From: an uncultured delta proteobacterium
Lineage (GTDB): Bacteria > Myxococcota > Myxococcia > Myxococcales > Anaeromyxobacteraceae
Length of the DNA stretch: 64,000 nucleotides
Assembly: GCA_963845515.1 (NCBI GenBank)
Contig: CAWJSR010000057.1
Span: 194,812 to 258,811 of the forward strand
Direction of reading: 5' to 3'
Positions 1 to 17,598 of this stretch are shown one piece after another. The position numbers and the translations under genes are program-made. The notes beneath the pieces are model-generated. The model was not told where the DNA came from. It did not search any database and saw only the letters and a program-made list of their open reading frames with translations. Position 1 is the stretch's first letter. Each line of letters begins with the position of its first letter.

Positions 1-2
1 CG

Positions 3-107
3 GAGGACATCGCGCAGGGGAACGTCAAGCTCGGATCCGGCGACCTGGTCCTCTTCGCCGCCATCGGCGCCGGCGTTCACTACGGCGGCCAGCTCGTTCG
101 CGTGTAA
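3..107 (+). CDS. 3' end of a 3-oxoacyl-ACP synthase III (FabH-like) protein, partial
   Basis: Frame 3 reads EDIAQGNVKLGSGDLVLFAAIGAGVHYGGQLVRV*, matching the FabH C-terminal GDxVLxxxxGxG motif. Confidence 0.7.
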   Translation, partial: EDIAQGNVKLGSGDLVLFAAIGAGVHYGGQLVRV

Positions 108-143
108 CAATCGTCCTTCTTCGAGTGTCCACAACAAAGGGAG

Positions 144-674
144 ATGCACATGAACGTCACCCGCACCTTCGCGCTCGCCCTACTGGTCCTCGCCGCCGGC
201 TCCGCCAGCGCCGGCGAGGAGATCCTGCTGCTCCAGACGCAGGAGAGCACTGACATCGCGGCGCCCTGCCCGGGCCAGAACATCAAGCTGGGCGCATACG
301 TCTACGCTCCCCGCACCCGCGCGGCGGATGGGCAGGTCGTGAAGGAGCTGGGAAACCCCGTCGGCACGGTCGTCGGCTGCGGCCTGATGACGACGGTCGC
401 CCCCGGCTCGAGGGCGCCGTTCAACATGTCCTTCGACCTCGGCGGCCGGAAGGTCTACGCCGCGGGCGAGTGCACGGTCGCGGACTGGTTCTTCCCGATT
501 CCGGGCGCGCCTGCGCCCGTCCTGCTGGTTGGCTGCTACCTCTCGGTCGCGAAGGACGAGAGCCAGGGGCTGGTCAAGGGGATCGCCACGAGCGCCAGCA
601 TCTTCATCCCGTACGCGATCCCGGGGTACGACACCGGCTCGTTCTGGACGCTCCACCTGTACACGGCGGAGTAG
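144..674 (+). CDS. Secreted hypothetical protein (176 aa)
   Basis: AAGGGAG RBS, N-terminal signal peptide (RTFALALLVLAAGSASA), high-GC codon usage. Confidence 0.8.
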   Translation: MHMNVTRTFALALLVLAAGSASAGEEILLLQTQESTDIAAPCPGQNIKLGAYVYAPRTRAADGQVVKELGNPVGTVVGCGLMTTVAPGSRAPFNMSFDLGGRKVYAAGECTVADWFFPIPGAPAPVLLVGCYLSVAKDESQGLVKGIATSASIFIPYAIPGYDTGSFWTLHLYTAE

Positions 675-790
675 CCTCCGAAGAGACCTGCCGTCGCCCG
701 CCGGGCTCCCGCGCCACCACGCGCGGGCGGCCCGGCGTTTGCATTTCCATGGAGTTCAGAAGGAGCACATCGCAAACGCCTGCTTGCCAA

Positions 791-2701
791 ATGCCCAACT
801 CGCGCGACGCCATGTACCGGGCACTGGTGGCCGACTCGCCGGTGCCGATCTACCTCCATCACGCCGACCGGGTGACGCTCGTCAACGCGGCGTGCGTACG
901 CCTCTTCGGCGCCACGTCTCCGGAGCAGCTGATCGGGAAGTCCCCTCTTGATCTGTTCGTCCCGGATGCACGCGCGAGGATCCGCGATCGGCTCCGCAGC
1001 CTCCGCGAAGGAGGGATCCCCACCGCCGTGGACGACGAGAAGGCCGTTCGCCTCGACGGCAGCATCATCGACGTCGAGGTGGCCGCGACCGCCTTCGACG
1101 ACGACGGCACCCCAGCAATCCACGTGGTGCTCCGCGACGTGACCGAGCGCCGGGCCGCCGAGGCAGCGAGCGCCCGGCGGGCCGAGGAGCTTCGGCGAAG
1201 CGAAGAGCGGTATCGGCACCTGATCGACAGCCTCGACGACGTCGTCTTCTCCGTGGACGCCGAGGGACGGCTCGCCTACGTCAGCGGGGCCGTCTCGCGT
1301 TACGGCTTCAGCACCGAGGAGGTGCTCGGCCACCGGTTCCAGGACTTCGTTCACCCTGACGATCGGAGGCGGATCGAGGAGGAGTTCGCCGCGCGGCTCG
1401 CAGCGGACATGGAGCCCTACGAGTTTCGCATCCTCGACGCCAAGGGGAGCGTCCGCATCGTCCGAAGCTCCGGCCGGCGGGTCTTCGAGGAGGGACGGGT
1501 CGTGGGGCTCGCGGGAATCCTCCTCGACCTGACCGCCCAACGACGGACGGAGGAGCAGCTGCGGCTTTCCCAGAAGATCGAGGCGATCGGCCGCCTCGCC
1601 GGCGGCGTCGCGCACGACTTCAACAACCTGCTGACGGTCATCTCCTCGTACGCGGGGATCGCGTTGCGCGGCCTGCGGAGCGACGACCCCCTCAGGGCGG
1701 ACCTCGAGGAGATCCGGAAGGCGGGTGATCGTGCCACCGCCCTCACCCGGCAGTTGCTGGCCTTCAGCAGGAAGCAGGTCCTCCAGCCCGAGGTCCTCGA
1801 CCTGAACGTGCTGGTCTCCGGAATCGAGCGCATGCTCAAGCGGCTCATCGGCGAGGACATCGATCTGCGCTTCCGTCCGCACGAGGCTCTGTGGCGGATC
1901 AAGGCGGACCCGGGCCAGTTGGAGCAGGTGGTGATGAACCTGGTCGTCAACGCCCGCGACGCGATGCCCGACGGAGGGGACGTCACGATCGAGACAGGCA
2001 ACGTGGAGCTGGACGACGCTTTCGCCGCGCGCAACGTCGGCGCGCGCGCCGGAGCCTTCGTGATGCTCTCGGTGACCGACACCGGCGGCGGCATGGACGC
2101 GGGCACGCGGGACCGACTCTTCGAGCCCTTCTTCACCACCAAGGTGGCGGGCAAGGGCACCGGCCTGGGGCTGGCCACCGTCTACGGCATCGTGAAGCAG
2201 AGCGGCGGCAGCATCTGGGTCCACAGTGAGTCTGGTCACGGTGCGACCTTCAAGGTCTACCTCCCGCGCGTCCACGAGGAGCTAGGCGGCCGCCCGCGAC
2301 TGGGACTTCCCGCGCCTGCCCACGGGGGCACCGAGACGATCCTGTTCGTCGAGGACGACGAGGCGGTCCGCGGCCTGGCGGGACGCATCCTCACCGCCGC
2401 GGGCTACAGCGTACTGCTCGCGGCAACCGGTGGCGAAGCGCTCATCCTGGAGGAGCGGCACCGCGCCGCGATCGATCTCGTGGCGACCGACGTCGTGATG
2501 CCAGGGATGAGCGGCCGGGAGCTCGCGGCGCGGCTTTCGCCGGTGACGCGCCGCAAGCCCGTTCTCTTCATGTCGGGTTACAGCGACGACGCCATCGCTC
2601 AACACGGTGTCCTGGAGCCGGGGGCAGCCTTCCTCGCGAAGCCCTTCACGCCCGAGTCGCTGGTCGCGATGATCCGGGACCTGCTCGACCGGGCTCGCTG
2701 A
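791..2701 (+). CDS. Hybrid sensor histidine kinase (2x PAS, HisKA, HATPase, receiver); start uncertain (749-812)
   Basis: H-box [41 protein letters not shown], receiver ILFVEDD...TDVVMP...KPF. Confidence 0.92.
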   Translation: MPNSRDAMYRALVADSPVPIYLHHADRVTLVNAACVRLFGATSPEQLIGKSPLDLFVPDARARIRDRLRSLREGGIPTAVDDEKAVRLDGSIIDVEVAATAFDDDGTPAIHVVLRDVTERRAAEAASARRAEELRRSEERYRHLIDSLDDVVFSVDAEGRLAYVSGAVSRYGFSTEEVLGHRFQDFVHPDDRRRIEEEFAARLAADMEPYEFRILDAKGSVRIVRSSGRRVFEEGRVVGLAGILLDLTAQRRTEEQLRLSQKIEAIGRLAGGVAHDFNNLLTVISSYAGIALRGLRSDDPLRADLEEIRKAGDRATALTRQLLAFSRKQVLQPEVLDLNVLVSGIERMLKRLIGEDIDLRFRPHEALWRIKADPGQLEQVVMNLVVNARDAMPDGGDVTIETGNVELDDAFAARNVGARAGAFVMLSVTDTGGGMDAGTRDRLFEPFFTTKVAGKGTGLGLATVYGIVKQSGGSIWVHSESGHGATFKVYLPRVHEELGGRPRLGLPAPAHGGTETILFVEDDEAVRGLAGRILTAAGYSVLLAATGGEALILEERHRAAIDLVATDVVMPGMSGRELAARLSPVTRRKPVLFMSGYSDDAIAQHGVLEPGAAFLAKPFTPESLVAMIRDLLDRAR

Positions 2702-2728
2702 CGAGTCGCGGGGCCGCCGGATGGCGCG

Positions 2729-3238
2729 CTACGGCTGCACCACCGCGACGCCGCCAATCATGAGCTCTACCACCGCGTCGATCGGCGCGTCCGCAGCGCC
2801 GGACACCACCAGCGAAAATCGCCCGTCTCCTCGCAGCGCGCCGCCGAGCGCCGCTCCGAGCCCCGGCTGCACCTCCGCCTCGATGACCACGGATTCCGAG
2901 AGCGTCAGGGAGCCGACATCCACGAGCGCCACGTCCGCCTCGCCCGTGCTGTCCGCGCCTTCCGGGCGGTAGTGCAGTGCCAGTGACGTCGCGCCCGCTC
3001 GATTCTGCTTGCCGATCCGAACGACCAGCAGCCGGACGCTCTCTACGTCCACTTCCAGGACGTCGTCCCTCCTGTCCCAGAGCGCCGCCTGGTCTGACAG
3101 ATCCATCGGCACTTCGGCACCCAGAGCGCCCGAGGACCCGGCGACGGGCAGCTGCCATGCCAGCTCGAACGGAACCTGCAGGGAGCAGCCGGCCGACACC
3201 GCTACCGCAAGAAGGAGGACTTCACCGATCCCGCTCAT
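2729..3238 (-). CDS. Hypothetical lipoprotein
   Basis: Lipobox-like VSAGC after a hydrophobic stretch; ATGA overlap with the upstream PilZ gene. Confidence 0.65.
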   Translation of the reverse strand: MSGIGEVLLLAVAVSAGCSLQVPFELAWQLPVAGSSGALGAEVPMDLSDQAALWDRRDDVLEVDVESVRLLVVRIGKQNRAGATSLALHYRPEGADSTGEADVALVDVGSLTLSESVVIEAEVQPGLGAALGGALRGDGRFSLVVSGAADAPIDAVVELMIGGVAVVQP

Positions 3239-4716
3239 GGCGCAACCGCCTCTGCCGACTCCGGGCGCCTGCCGCTCGCGCTCGCCCCGGCGATGGGGCC
3301 CTGGCTCGCGCGAGACGCGCGCGCGCGCTGGCCAGTCACGCGCTCCTCGAGAAGCGTATCGAGCTTCATGGCGATGATCTCGGGCCCCAGCTCCTTCCCC
3401 AGGACCAGATCCGCTCCTGCGCGGAGCAGGCGCGCGGTCAGGGCGCCATCGGGAGATCCCGTCATCACGCCGACGACGAGGTCCGCCTCGCCCCCCGTCT
3501 CGCGGATCGTCGTCACCAGCTCCTCGCCGGAGCGGCCCGGCAGCCTCATGTCGGTGACGAGGAGGTCGAGGGAGAGGATCTCCTCGGACAGGGCCCGCAA
3601 CCCCTCCAGCGCATCCGTGGCGGTGATCACTTCGAAGCCGCGCTCGACCAGGGCGTCGGCAACCAACCGGCGCACCAGCGCGTCGTCGTCCACTACGAGC
3701 GCCCGTCGCGGGCGCGCCGCGAGGAATGTCATGGCCTCACGGATCTCGGTCATCGATCGGGGATCGAGCACGAAGCGGACCCCCATCCCGCGCACGTCAA
3801 CGAAGGCGACGACTCCCCGGCAGAGGATTTGGCCCCCGGTAGGAAGACGGCACGTGAGCTCGAGCTCAGTGCCCAGCGGCGGGGGGGCGCTGGTCCTCAC
3901 GAAGGCGCCGCCGAAGGAGAGGTTCTCCACCAGCCCCACCTGGAGGCGCCCGCCGCTCTGGAAGGACGCCTCCAGGGGCCGCGTGCACTGGAAGCGCGGA
4001 GCGGCGCGGGTCCCGTACGTCACGGTCGGGGCGCTCAACGCGAGCTGCCTCCGGAGTTCCCTGGGCGCCGTGGACAGGCCGAGCGCGAATCCTGCCGGAC
4101 GTCCAGGCTCTGCGTCGGCGGAGGTCCGAACCTCGACCACGCGCGCCCACTCGACCGCGACGCGGGTCATTCCCTTCATCCGGAAGAGAACCGGGACGGG
4201 ATCGCCGAGAGGCGGCGCTAGAGGTGAGGCGATGAAGAGCGACTCGTCGGCGTCGTTCCACCGCACGGCGTCCCAACCGGGGCCTCCGATGTCGATCGCC
4301 AGCGTCGGACGATCGTCGGCGTAGCAGCTGCGATCCCCGGCGAGGCCGGCGGCCGTGGCGATCGCTGCGACGCTCTTCGTCGCCGCCGAGGGCTCGACGC
4401 CGATGGCGCGCACGTCGCAGCGGGAGAGGGTGTGCTGCAGCGCGTCCCACTCCGGGGCCGGGATCTCGCAGACGTTCCGCACTCGCCCCCCTGCGCGTGC
4501 CACCCAGAAGCCGATCCGCTGGTGATCCACCGATCCGAAGCGCTCCTGCCGCAGCCGCGCGAAGGCATACATGGTCCTCCTGGGGCCGTCATAGGCCACG
4601 TCGAACCCGCTCATGGCGCGTCGGTAGATCTGGATCACCCAGCGAAGCAGCCGCTCCGCATGGGCCAACCTCTCGGAGTGCGCTCTCTCGAACTCGAAGC
4701 ACAGCTCGACGCTCAT
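3235..4716 (-). CDS. PilZ-domain (myxobacterial type) + response-regulator receiver protein
   Basis: RAAPRF and ENLSFGGAFVRT PilZ motifs; C-terminal receiver ALVVDDD...LLVTDMRLPG; GGAGGAG RBS. Confidence 0.85.
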   Translation of the reverse strand: MSVELCFEFERAHSERLAHAERLLRWVIQIYRRAMSGFDVAYDGPRRTMYAFARLRQERFGSVDHQRIGFWVARAGGRVRNVCEIPAPEWDALQHTLSRCDVRAIGVEPSAATKSVAAIATAAGLAGDRSCYADDRPTLAIDIGGPGWDAVRWNDADESLFIASPLAPPLGDPVPVLFRMKGMTRVAVEWARVVEVRTSADAEPGRPAGFALGLSTAPRELRRQLALSAPTVTYGTRAAPRFQCTRPLEASFQSGGRLQVGLVENLSFGGAFVRTSAPPPLGTELELTCRLPTGGQILCRGVVAFVDVRGMGVRFVLDPRSMTEIREAMTFLAARPRRALVVDDDALVRRLVADALVERGFEVITATDALEGLRALSEEILSLDLLVTDMRLPGRSGEELVTTIRETGGEADLVVGVMTGSPDGALTARLLRAGADLVLGKELGPEIIAMKLDTLLEERVTGQRARASRASQGPIAGASASGRRPESAEAVAP

Positions 4717-4788
4717 GCTGCTCCTCCGAGGCGCCGGCTCCCCGCCCGCGCCTCTCAGTGGGTGAACTTGATGACCCGACGCTCTAGA

Positions 4789-4803
4789 GCACGTTCGGTG
4801 CCG
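4789..4803 (-). promoter_or_regulatory. Sigma54 -24/-12 promoter for the PilZ-receiver gene
   Basis: Minus strand CGGCACCGAACGTGC = GG-N10-GC, about 70 nt upstream of the start codon. Confidence 0.65.
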
Positions 4804-4876
4804 TCACTATCCGTGAACTCGCGCCCGGCTTGGAGCGTGTATACGGGCACTTGAGGCTCCCCGCCGGCCGAGTCGT

Positions 4877-4911
4877 TCCGGATTCCCGGATCCGAAGTCC
4901 GGGATCCCGTA
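4877..4911. promoter_or_regulatory. Tandem palindromic enhancer (TCCGG-N4-CCGGA x2, 21-bp period), putative bEBP binding site
   Basis: TCCGGATTCCCGGA (4877-4890) and TCCGGGATCCCGTA (4898-4911); same architecture recurs at 7651-7685. Confidence 0.6.
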
Positions 4912-5117
4912 CGGACTCGAGGCTGAGCCGCGGTCGCGCGAGGGAGAACGGTAGGGGGGCCTGCGCGCTGCGGGCGCAGCGAGCGGCCCTTACACTCTCG
5001 ACTGAGCGTTCAGGCCTATGGCGTCCAGGCTCCAATCCGCCGAGGAATCCGTCCCGCGTGCACGTCTCGCTCTCCACCGCCCCTCTGCGGGCTGCCGATG
5101 GGACACCCAGCGGGATC

Positions 5118-7162
5118 ATGGCGGTCGTGACGGACGTCAGCGCCCGCCGGCGAGCCGAGGAGGCGCTGCGAGAAAACGGGGAGCGGCTCGCGCTCCTCTC
5201 GCAGGTGCTGAGCGACCTCGCGAGGGCCCCCTCCGTTGAGGCCATCGTGGCGATCGTCAAGTCCTCGGCCCGCGCACTGGTCGGCGCGGACCGCTCGGCC
5301 CTCGTGCTCCGTGACGGGGACACGTGCCTCTGCGTGGATGAGGATGGGATGGGACCGCACTGGAAGGGGCAGCGCTTCCCGCTCGACCAGTGCGTGAGCG
5401 GGTGGACGATGCTCCATGGCGTTCCGGCCGCGATCACGGAGATCGGCGCCGATCCGCGCGTCTCGCTGGAGACCTGCCGCACGACCGTGAAGAGCCTCGT
5501 GATGATCCCCTTCGGGCGCACCGGCACGGAGGGAGCCATCGGCGTCTACTGGGACACCCGCCACTCCGCCAGTGGAGAGGAGCTCGGCCTCATCCAGGCG
5601 CTCGCGGACGCCACATCGGTCGCCCTCGATAACGTCGCCACCCTGGAGCGGCTTCGCCGCAGCGAGGAGCAGTACCGCAGGCTCGTCGAGAACCTCGACG
5701 ACATCGTCTACACCGTCGACGCCGAGGGAAGGATCACCTACGTGAGCGGAGCCGTCGCGCGGTACGGGTACGTTCCAGCCGAGCTGATCGGACGCCGCTT
5801 TCTGGACTTCACGCACCCTGATGACCGCTCCCGAGTGGAGCAGGCATTCGCCGCACGGCTCGCGGCGGACCTGGAGCCATCGAGTACCGCGTGCTCGACC
5901 GCGAGGGGAGAGTCCGTGTCGTGAGGTCCTCGAGCAGGCGCATCCTGGAGGACGGGCGAACGACGGGGATGCTGGGCGTCCTCTTCGATCTCACCGCCCA
6001 GCGGCAGACCGAGGAGGCGCTGCGCGGCGCACAGAAGATGGAGGCGCTCGGCCGGCTCGCCGGCGGGGTTGCCCACGACTTCAACAACATCCTGACGGTC
6101 ATCTCCTCGTACGCAGGGCTGAGCCTGCGCGGCCTGGCGACCGACAACCCGCTCAGGCCCGACCTCGAGGAGATCCGCAGGGCCAGTGATCGCGCGACGG
6201 GGCTGACCCGGCAGCTCCTCGCCCTCAGCCGGAGGCAGGTGCTCCAGCCCTCGGTCATCGACCTGAACCTCCTGGTCGGCGGCATCGAGAAGATGCTCGG
6301 CAGGCTCATCGGCGAGGACGTCGACCTGCGCTTCTTCGCGGCCTCCGGCCTGGGCCGCATCTGCGCGGATCCGGGCCAGATCGAGCAGGTCCTGATGAAC
6401 CTCGTGGTCAACGCGCGCGACGCGATGCCGGCCGGAGGGACGCTGACGATCACCACGGGCAACGCAGATCTCGACGAGGACTTCGCCCTCAGCCACGCCG
6501 GCGGGAGGGTGGGGCCCCACGTGGTGCTGACCGTGCAGGACACCGGTTCCGGAATGGACCCCGCGACCCTCGAACGGATCTTCGAGCCCTTCTTCACCAC
6601 CAAGCCGATCGGGAAGGGGACCGGACTCGGACTCGCGACCGTCTACGGGATCGTCAAGCAGAGCGGCGGAGGGATCTGGGTCGAGTCTGCGCCGGGCGAA
6701 GGCGCGACCTTCCGCGTCTACCTCCCCCGCGTCGAGGAGCAGACCGTCGTCCGCCCGGCGGCGCACCGGCCGGAGCGTCTGCCAGCCAGCTCGGCGACGA
6801 TCCTGCTCGTCGAGGACGACGCGTACGTGCGACAGCTCTCGCGGCGCGTCCTCTCGCTCGAAGGCCACCGGGTCCTCGTGGCGGCGAACGGCAGCGAGGC
6901 GCTCCTCCTCTGCGAGCGGCACCGCGCCGAGATCTCCCTGGTCGTCACCGACGTGATCATGCCGGGGATGAGCGGGAGGGAGCTGGCGTCGCGGATCGCC
7001 CCACTCGCGCCGAGCGCGCGCATCCTCTTCATGTCGGGCTACACCGACGACGCCATCGCCCACCACGGTGTCCTGGAGCCAGGGACGCTGCTGCTCTCGA
7101 AGCCGTTCACCCCCGAGGCACTGACGGGCAGGGTCCGGGACGCGCTGGCGGGGCGAGGCTGA
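5118..7162 (+). CDS. Hybrid histidine kinase (PAC remnant, GAF, PAS, HisKA, HATPase, receiver); frameshift near 5880, 5' end probably truncated
   Basis: ORFs 4830..5924 and 5891..7162 join if one C is restored at GAGCCATCGAG (the paralog has GAGCCCTACGAG); H-box and receiver motifs intact. Confidence 0.85.
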
Positions 7163-7550
7163 GGCAGCGCGACCACTCCTGGCGCGAGGGCCTCGTCAGG
7201 TATTCGTGGAGCGCGGCGATGCCCTCGCGATCGAGGACGAAGCGCACCGCCATCCCCCGCAGCTCGGTGAACAGGACGACGGCGGGAGTCGTCACCAGCG
7301 CCCCTGCCTGTAGCCGCAGCGCGAGCTCGATCCCGGTCTCGGCGGCGAGCGGAGCGGCCGTCCGCACGAAGGCGCCGCCGAGCGACAGGTTCTCCACCCA
7401 GCCCGCCGCCACGTATCGGCTGGCCTGGCCGTCCTGAACGCGCCGAAAGTGAGCGTCTGGCCCCCGACCCGCGTGGGCCTCCCGCTCCGCCCGAGCCTCT
7501 TCGACCTGGAACCACTCCTCGACCCACTCGACCCTCGCGCGCTCTTCCAT
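7107..7550 (-). CDS. Single PilZ-domain protein
   Basis: WVENLSLGGAFVRTAAPL...GMAVRFVLD, paralogous to the PilZ segment of 3235..4716. Confidence 0.65.
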   Translation of the reverse strand: MEERARVEWVEEWFQVEEARAEREAHAGRGPDAHFRRVQDGQASRYVAAGWVENLSLGGAFVRTAAPLAAETGIELALRLQAGALVTTPAVVLFTELRGMAVRFVLDREGIAALHEYLTRPSRQEWSRCLSLAPPARPGPCPSVPRG

Positions 7551-7564
7551 GGCAGCCGCGTAGA

Positions 7565-7579
7565 GCACGGCACATGCCA
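7565..7579 (-). promoter_or_regulatory. Sigma54 -24/-12 promoter for the small PilZ gene
   Basis: Minus strand TGGCATGTGCCGTGC = TGGCA..GG-N10-GC; shares CGTGCTCTA with the 4789 promoter. Confidence 0.7.
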
Positions 7580-7650
7580 CCGCTACGGCGAACTGCGCGG
7601 AGGCAGCCGCGCGGAATCACTGCGGTCCCGTGGTGCGACCGACAGCGGGA

Positions 7651-7685
7651 TCCGATCTTCCGGATCCGCCGTCCGGGATTCCGGA
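7651..7685. promoter_or_regulatory. Tandem palindromic enhancer, second copy
   Basis: TCCGATCTTCCGGA (7651-7664) + 7 nt + TCCGGGATTCCGGA (7672-7685). Confidence 0.6.
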
Positions 7686-7690
7686 CTCCG

Positions 7691-9064
7691 TCAGCGGGGG
7701 TCGCGGAAGCCGCGCGAACCCCGGCGCTCCCCTCCTTCGCCCTCCGCGTAGCGGCGCAGCCGCTCGTAGAGCGCCGAGCGTGACAGCCCCAGCTGGCGGG
7801 CCGCCTCCTCGACCCGGCCACCACACGCGGCGACGGTCCGCTCAACGTGAGCCCGCTCGACCGCCGCGAGCGTCGGGCCCGCCGCTGCCGCCGGAACGTC
7901 GCCCGGCCCGGCGCCGGGTAGACGAAGATTCACGGGCTCGAGCACGCTCGAGTCCGTGAGGAGGACCGCCCGCTCCAGCACGTTCCTCAGCTCCCGCAGG
8001 TTGCCGGGCCATGAGTACTGCTCGAGGGCGGATCGTGTGGCCGGAGAGAGCGTGAGGTTCGTCCGGCCCATCTCCATCTTGAGACGCTCGAGCATTCGGT
8101 GCGCGAGCACGTGGACGTCCTCCGGCCGTTCACGCAGCGGGGGGATGTGGAGCGGGATGGTGCTGATGCGAAAGTAGAGATCGCTCCGGAACCGTCCCTC
8201 CCGCACCAGGGCGCCCAGATCCTGGTGAGTCGCCGCGAGGAGCCGGACGTCGACGGTACGGTCTCTCACCTCGCCGACTCGGCGGAAGCGCTGCTCCTCC
8301 AGCACCTTGAGCAGCTTGGGCTGGATCGCCCCGTCCATGTCGCCTATCTCGTCGAGGAAGACGGTCCCCCGGTTCGCGACCTCCAGGAGCCCCGGCTTCG
8401 CCGAGACCGCTCCCGTGAAGGATCCCTTCTCGTGTCCGAAGAGCTCCGACTCCAGGAGCGAGTGCGAGAACCCCGCGCAGTTGAGCGCGACCAGGGGCTC
8501 GTGCCCTCGCGCAGACATCCGATGAATCCAGGCCGCGAGCACGCCCTTCCCCGCGCCGGTCTCCCCCGTGATGAGGACCGGGCTGTCGGCCTTCGCGATC
8601 CGCCGCGCCTCCTTCTCCAGCGCGCGGATCCCGGGGCTCACGCCCAGAAAGGGGTCCAGCTCGCCCACCTGCCGGGAGCCAAGGTCGCGTCGGCGCAGCC
8701 GCTGGCTCTCCAGCGCACGTTCGAGCGCCACCTGGAGCGCGGGGAGCTCCACCGGCTTGGTCAGGAACTGCTCGGCCCCCTCCTTCACGCACTCCACGGC
8801 GAGCTCGATCGTTCCGTGCCCGGTGAGGATCAGGACGGGAACGAACGGCCGGTGGGCCTTCAGCCGCGGGAGCAGGTCCAGCGCCGTTCCGTCCGCGAGG
8901 TTGTGATCGAGGACGACGGCGTCGGGGTGCCCGTCCACGAAGCGCTCCATCGCCTCGACGCAGCTGCCGGCCTCCAGCGGCTCATATCCCTCGTCCCGAA
9001 GGTAGGAGCAGACCAGCTTCCGGACGGACTGCTCGTCCTCGACGACCAGTATTCGAGCCGCCAT
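7691..9064 (-). CDS. Sigma54-dependent response regulator (NtrC family: receiver, AAA+, Fis HTH)
   Basis: GETGAGKG Walker A, ESELFGHEKGSFTGA, VFLDEIG, WPGNLREL, AARQLGLSRSALYERL. Confidence 0.95.
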   Translation of the reverse strand: MAARILVVEDEQSVRKLVCSYLRDEGYEPLEAGSCVEAMERFVDGHPDAVVLDHNLADGTALDLLPRLKAHRPFVPVLILTGHGTIELAVECVKEGAEQFLTKPVELPALQVALERALESQRLRRRDLGSRQVGELDPFLGVSPGIRALEKEARRIAKADSPVLITGETGAGKGVLAAWIHRMSARGHEPLVALNCAGFSHSLLESELFGHEKGSFTGAVSAKPGLLEVANRGTVFLDEIGDMDGAIQPKLLKVLEEQRFRRVGEVRDRTVDVRLLAATHQDLGALVREGRFRSDLYFRISTIPLHIPPLRERPEDVHVLAHRMLERLKMEMGRTNLTLSPATRSALEQYSWPGNLRELRNVLERAVLLTDSSVLEPVNLRLPGAGPGDVPAAAAGPTLAAVERAHVERTVAACGGRVEEAARQLGLSRSALYERLRRYAEGEGGERRGSRGFRDPR

Positions 9065-9114
9065 GCGTTCGATCCCTGAACGAACATGACAGGCCCACGT
9101 GCCCTCCGCCGGGG

Positions 9115-9597
9115 TCAGCGGGGTTTTACCCCCTTGGGGCGCGATCGCTTCGTGGTCGCCGCGAGGTCTACGAGCTGCTCGTCCTTGACGAAGGCGGTCC
9201 CGTGAAAGAGGGCGACCAGCTCGCCGGCGTCGTCGACCACCTTGACCTCGCAGCGCGAGAGCCTGCGTGACCGTGCGACCTCGAAGGCCTCTGCCACGAG
9301 GGTGCCGGCGCGCGTCGGGCGCAGGAACGAGATGGTCACGTCGACGGCCAGGGCGAGCGTGCCGTGGGAGTTGCATGCGACGGCGAAGGTGAGGTCGGCG
9401 AGCGTGAAGACCGCCCCCCCCTGGACCACGTCAGCGCCGTTGAGGTGCTGCTCCTTCACCTTCATGCGCGCGCGCGCGTAGCCGGGACGGACCTCCTCCA
9501 GCGTCACGCCGGCGCTGCGGGCGAAGCGGTCGCGCTTGAAGAAGGCTCTCAGGAACTCGGCGGTCGGGGGTGCGGGACGGGCGGTGTCGTCGGCCAT
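9115..9597 (-). CDS. PaaI-family hotdog-fold thioesterase
   Basis: HLNGADVVQGGAVFTLAD...ACNSHG motif. Confidence 0.9.
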   Translation of the reverse strand: MADDTARPAPPTAEFLRAFFKRDRFARSAGVTLEEVRPGYARARMKVKEQHLNGADVVQGGAVFTLADLTFAVACNSHGTLALAVDVTISFLRPTRAGTLVAEAFEVARSRRLSRCEVKVVDDAGELVALFHGTAFVKDEQLVDLAATTKRSRPKGVKPR

Positions 9598-9666
9598 CCG
9601 CGCATGACGCCACGAACGCCGCCCGCTGTCACTCACTGTCGACTTTCGAAGGCGCCGGGCGCGTGC

Positions 9667-10219
9667 CTACTTCTTGCGGCCGTAGAGCGCCGTGAAGGTC
9701 GCGCTGCCGAGCGCGTTGGCCTTCGCCATGAAGCCGACCATCGCAGGCGAGGCGTCCGGAAGAAGGTCCAGCTTCTCCACCTTCAACGCGATGCACCGTG
9801 AAGATGTACCGGTGCGGCTTGTCACCGGGAGGTGGGCAGGCGCCGCCGTAGCCTGGCGACCCGAAGTCGGTCCGGCTCTGGACCGCCCCCTCGGGCAGCG
9901 GTGCCAACCCGCTCCCAGCCCCCTGGGCGAGCCCGGTGGCCGTGGCCGGGATGTTGAACACTACCCAGTGCCACCAACCCGAGCCCGTAGGGGCGTCCGG
10001 GTCGTAGACGGTCACGACGAAGCTCTTCGTGTCCTTGGGGGCGTCGGCCCAGGAGAGCTCCGGCGAGACGTTGGCGCCACTGCAGCCGAAGCCGTTGAAG
10101 ACCTGCTGCTCCGTGAGCGTCTTGCCAGGCTTCACGTCGGCGCTGACGAGCGTGAACCTGGCGGCGGCGAGCGTGGGCGCCGCGGCGACGATCGCAACCA
10201 GTGCAAGGAGGGTTCTCAT
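9667..10219 (-). CDS. YbhB/YbcL Raf-kinase-inhibitor-like (PEBP) protein; one-base frameshift near 9790
   Basis: Signal peptide, [31 protein letters not shown]; continues ALKVEKLDL...ALYGRKK* in the adjacent frame. Confidence 0.9.
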
Positions 10220-10303
10220 GTGCCGTCTCCGTGAAGGGTGTGCGCGAAGTCTTAGTCGATGAGCCGCGACGCGGGTGAGACCATGCGGGGCGGTAGTGGG
10301 GAT

Positions 10304-10825
10304 ATGCTGGCTCCTCCCTGCCCCGAACCCCCGATGCCCCACCTCCCCGAGATCGACAACAACGAAAGGCCCGATCTGTGCGCCGCCTGTGGCGGAGCCT
10401 GCTGCAGGACCCGCCCGGGGATAGAGGCACCCGACAGGTTCCTGGCGGCCGAGGATCCAGCCGCCGCGCTCGCCCAGGCGCTCCACTCGCGCGACTGGCT
10501 CCTCGTGGAGCACATCGGCGTCCCGTGGGTCGACGGAGTGGCTCCGCCCGACGAGGAGCGCTACCGCGTGCTCCGCTACCCGCGCCCGGCGACCGTCGCC
10601 GAGCGCGCGGCGGGCGGCCCGCTGCCCCCGGGCGACTTCGCGGACTGCGTCTTCCTGGAGCAGACGGGCTGCCGGCTGCCGTTTCCGGAGCGGCCGCGCA
10701 TGTGCAGGTCGCTCGCGCCCTCGGCCGATGGCGACTGCGCGGCGGCCTGGGGCCGCCGCGAGGCGGCGCTCGCCTGGCGCGCGCATCAGGACGTCGTCGC
10801 GGCGGCGCTCGCGCTCCTCGCCTGA
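10304..10825 (+). CDS. YkgJ-like CxxCxxCC cysteine-cluster protein (start uncertain)
   Basis: CAACGGACC...CVFL...GC...RPRMC. Confidence 0.75.
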   Translation: MLAPPCPEPPMPHLPEIDNNERPDLCAACGGACCRTRPGIEAPDRFLAAEDPAAALAQALHSRDWLLVEHIGVPWVDGVAPPDEERYRVLRYPRPATVAERAAGGPLPPGDFADCVFLEQTGCRLPFPERPRMCRSLAPSADGDCAAAWGRREAALAWRAHQDVVAAALALLA

Positions 10826-10938
10826 CCCCGAAAAGGGGAGCTGGAGCGGGCCGCCGGGTCGGCAGCAGCGCCCTTCCTACGGTATGAAGGGGAGGTCGAT
10901 CCTGCACCGTCCGCCCTGCAGTAAAGGAAGGCTTCAAG

Positions 10939-17578
<6,640 letters not shown>

Positions 17579-17598
17579 ACGCCTCGGGGACCGGTCGG

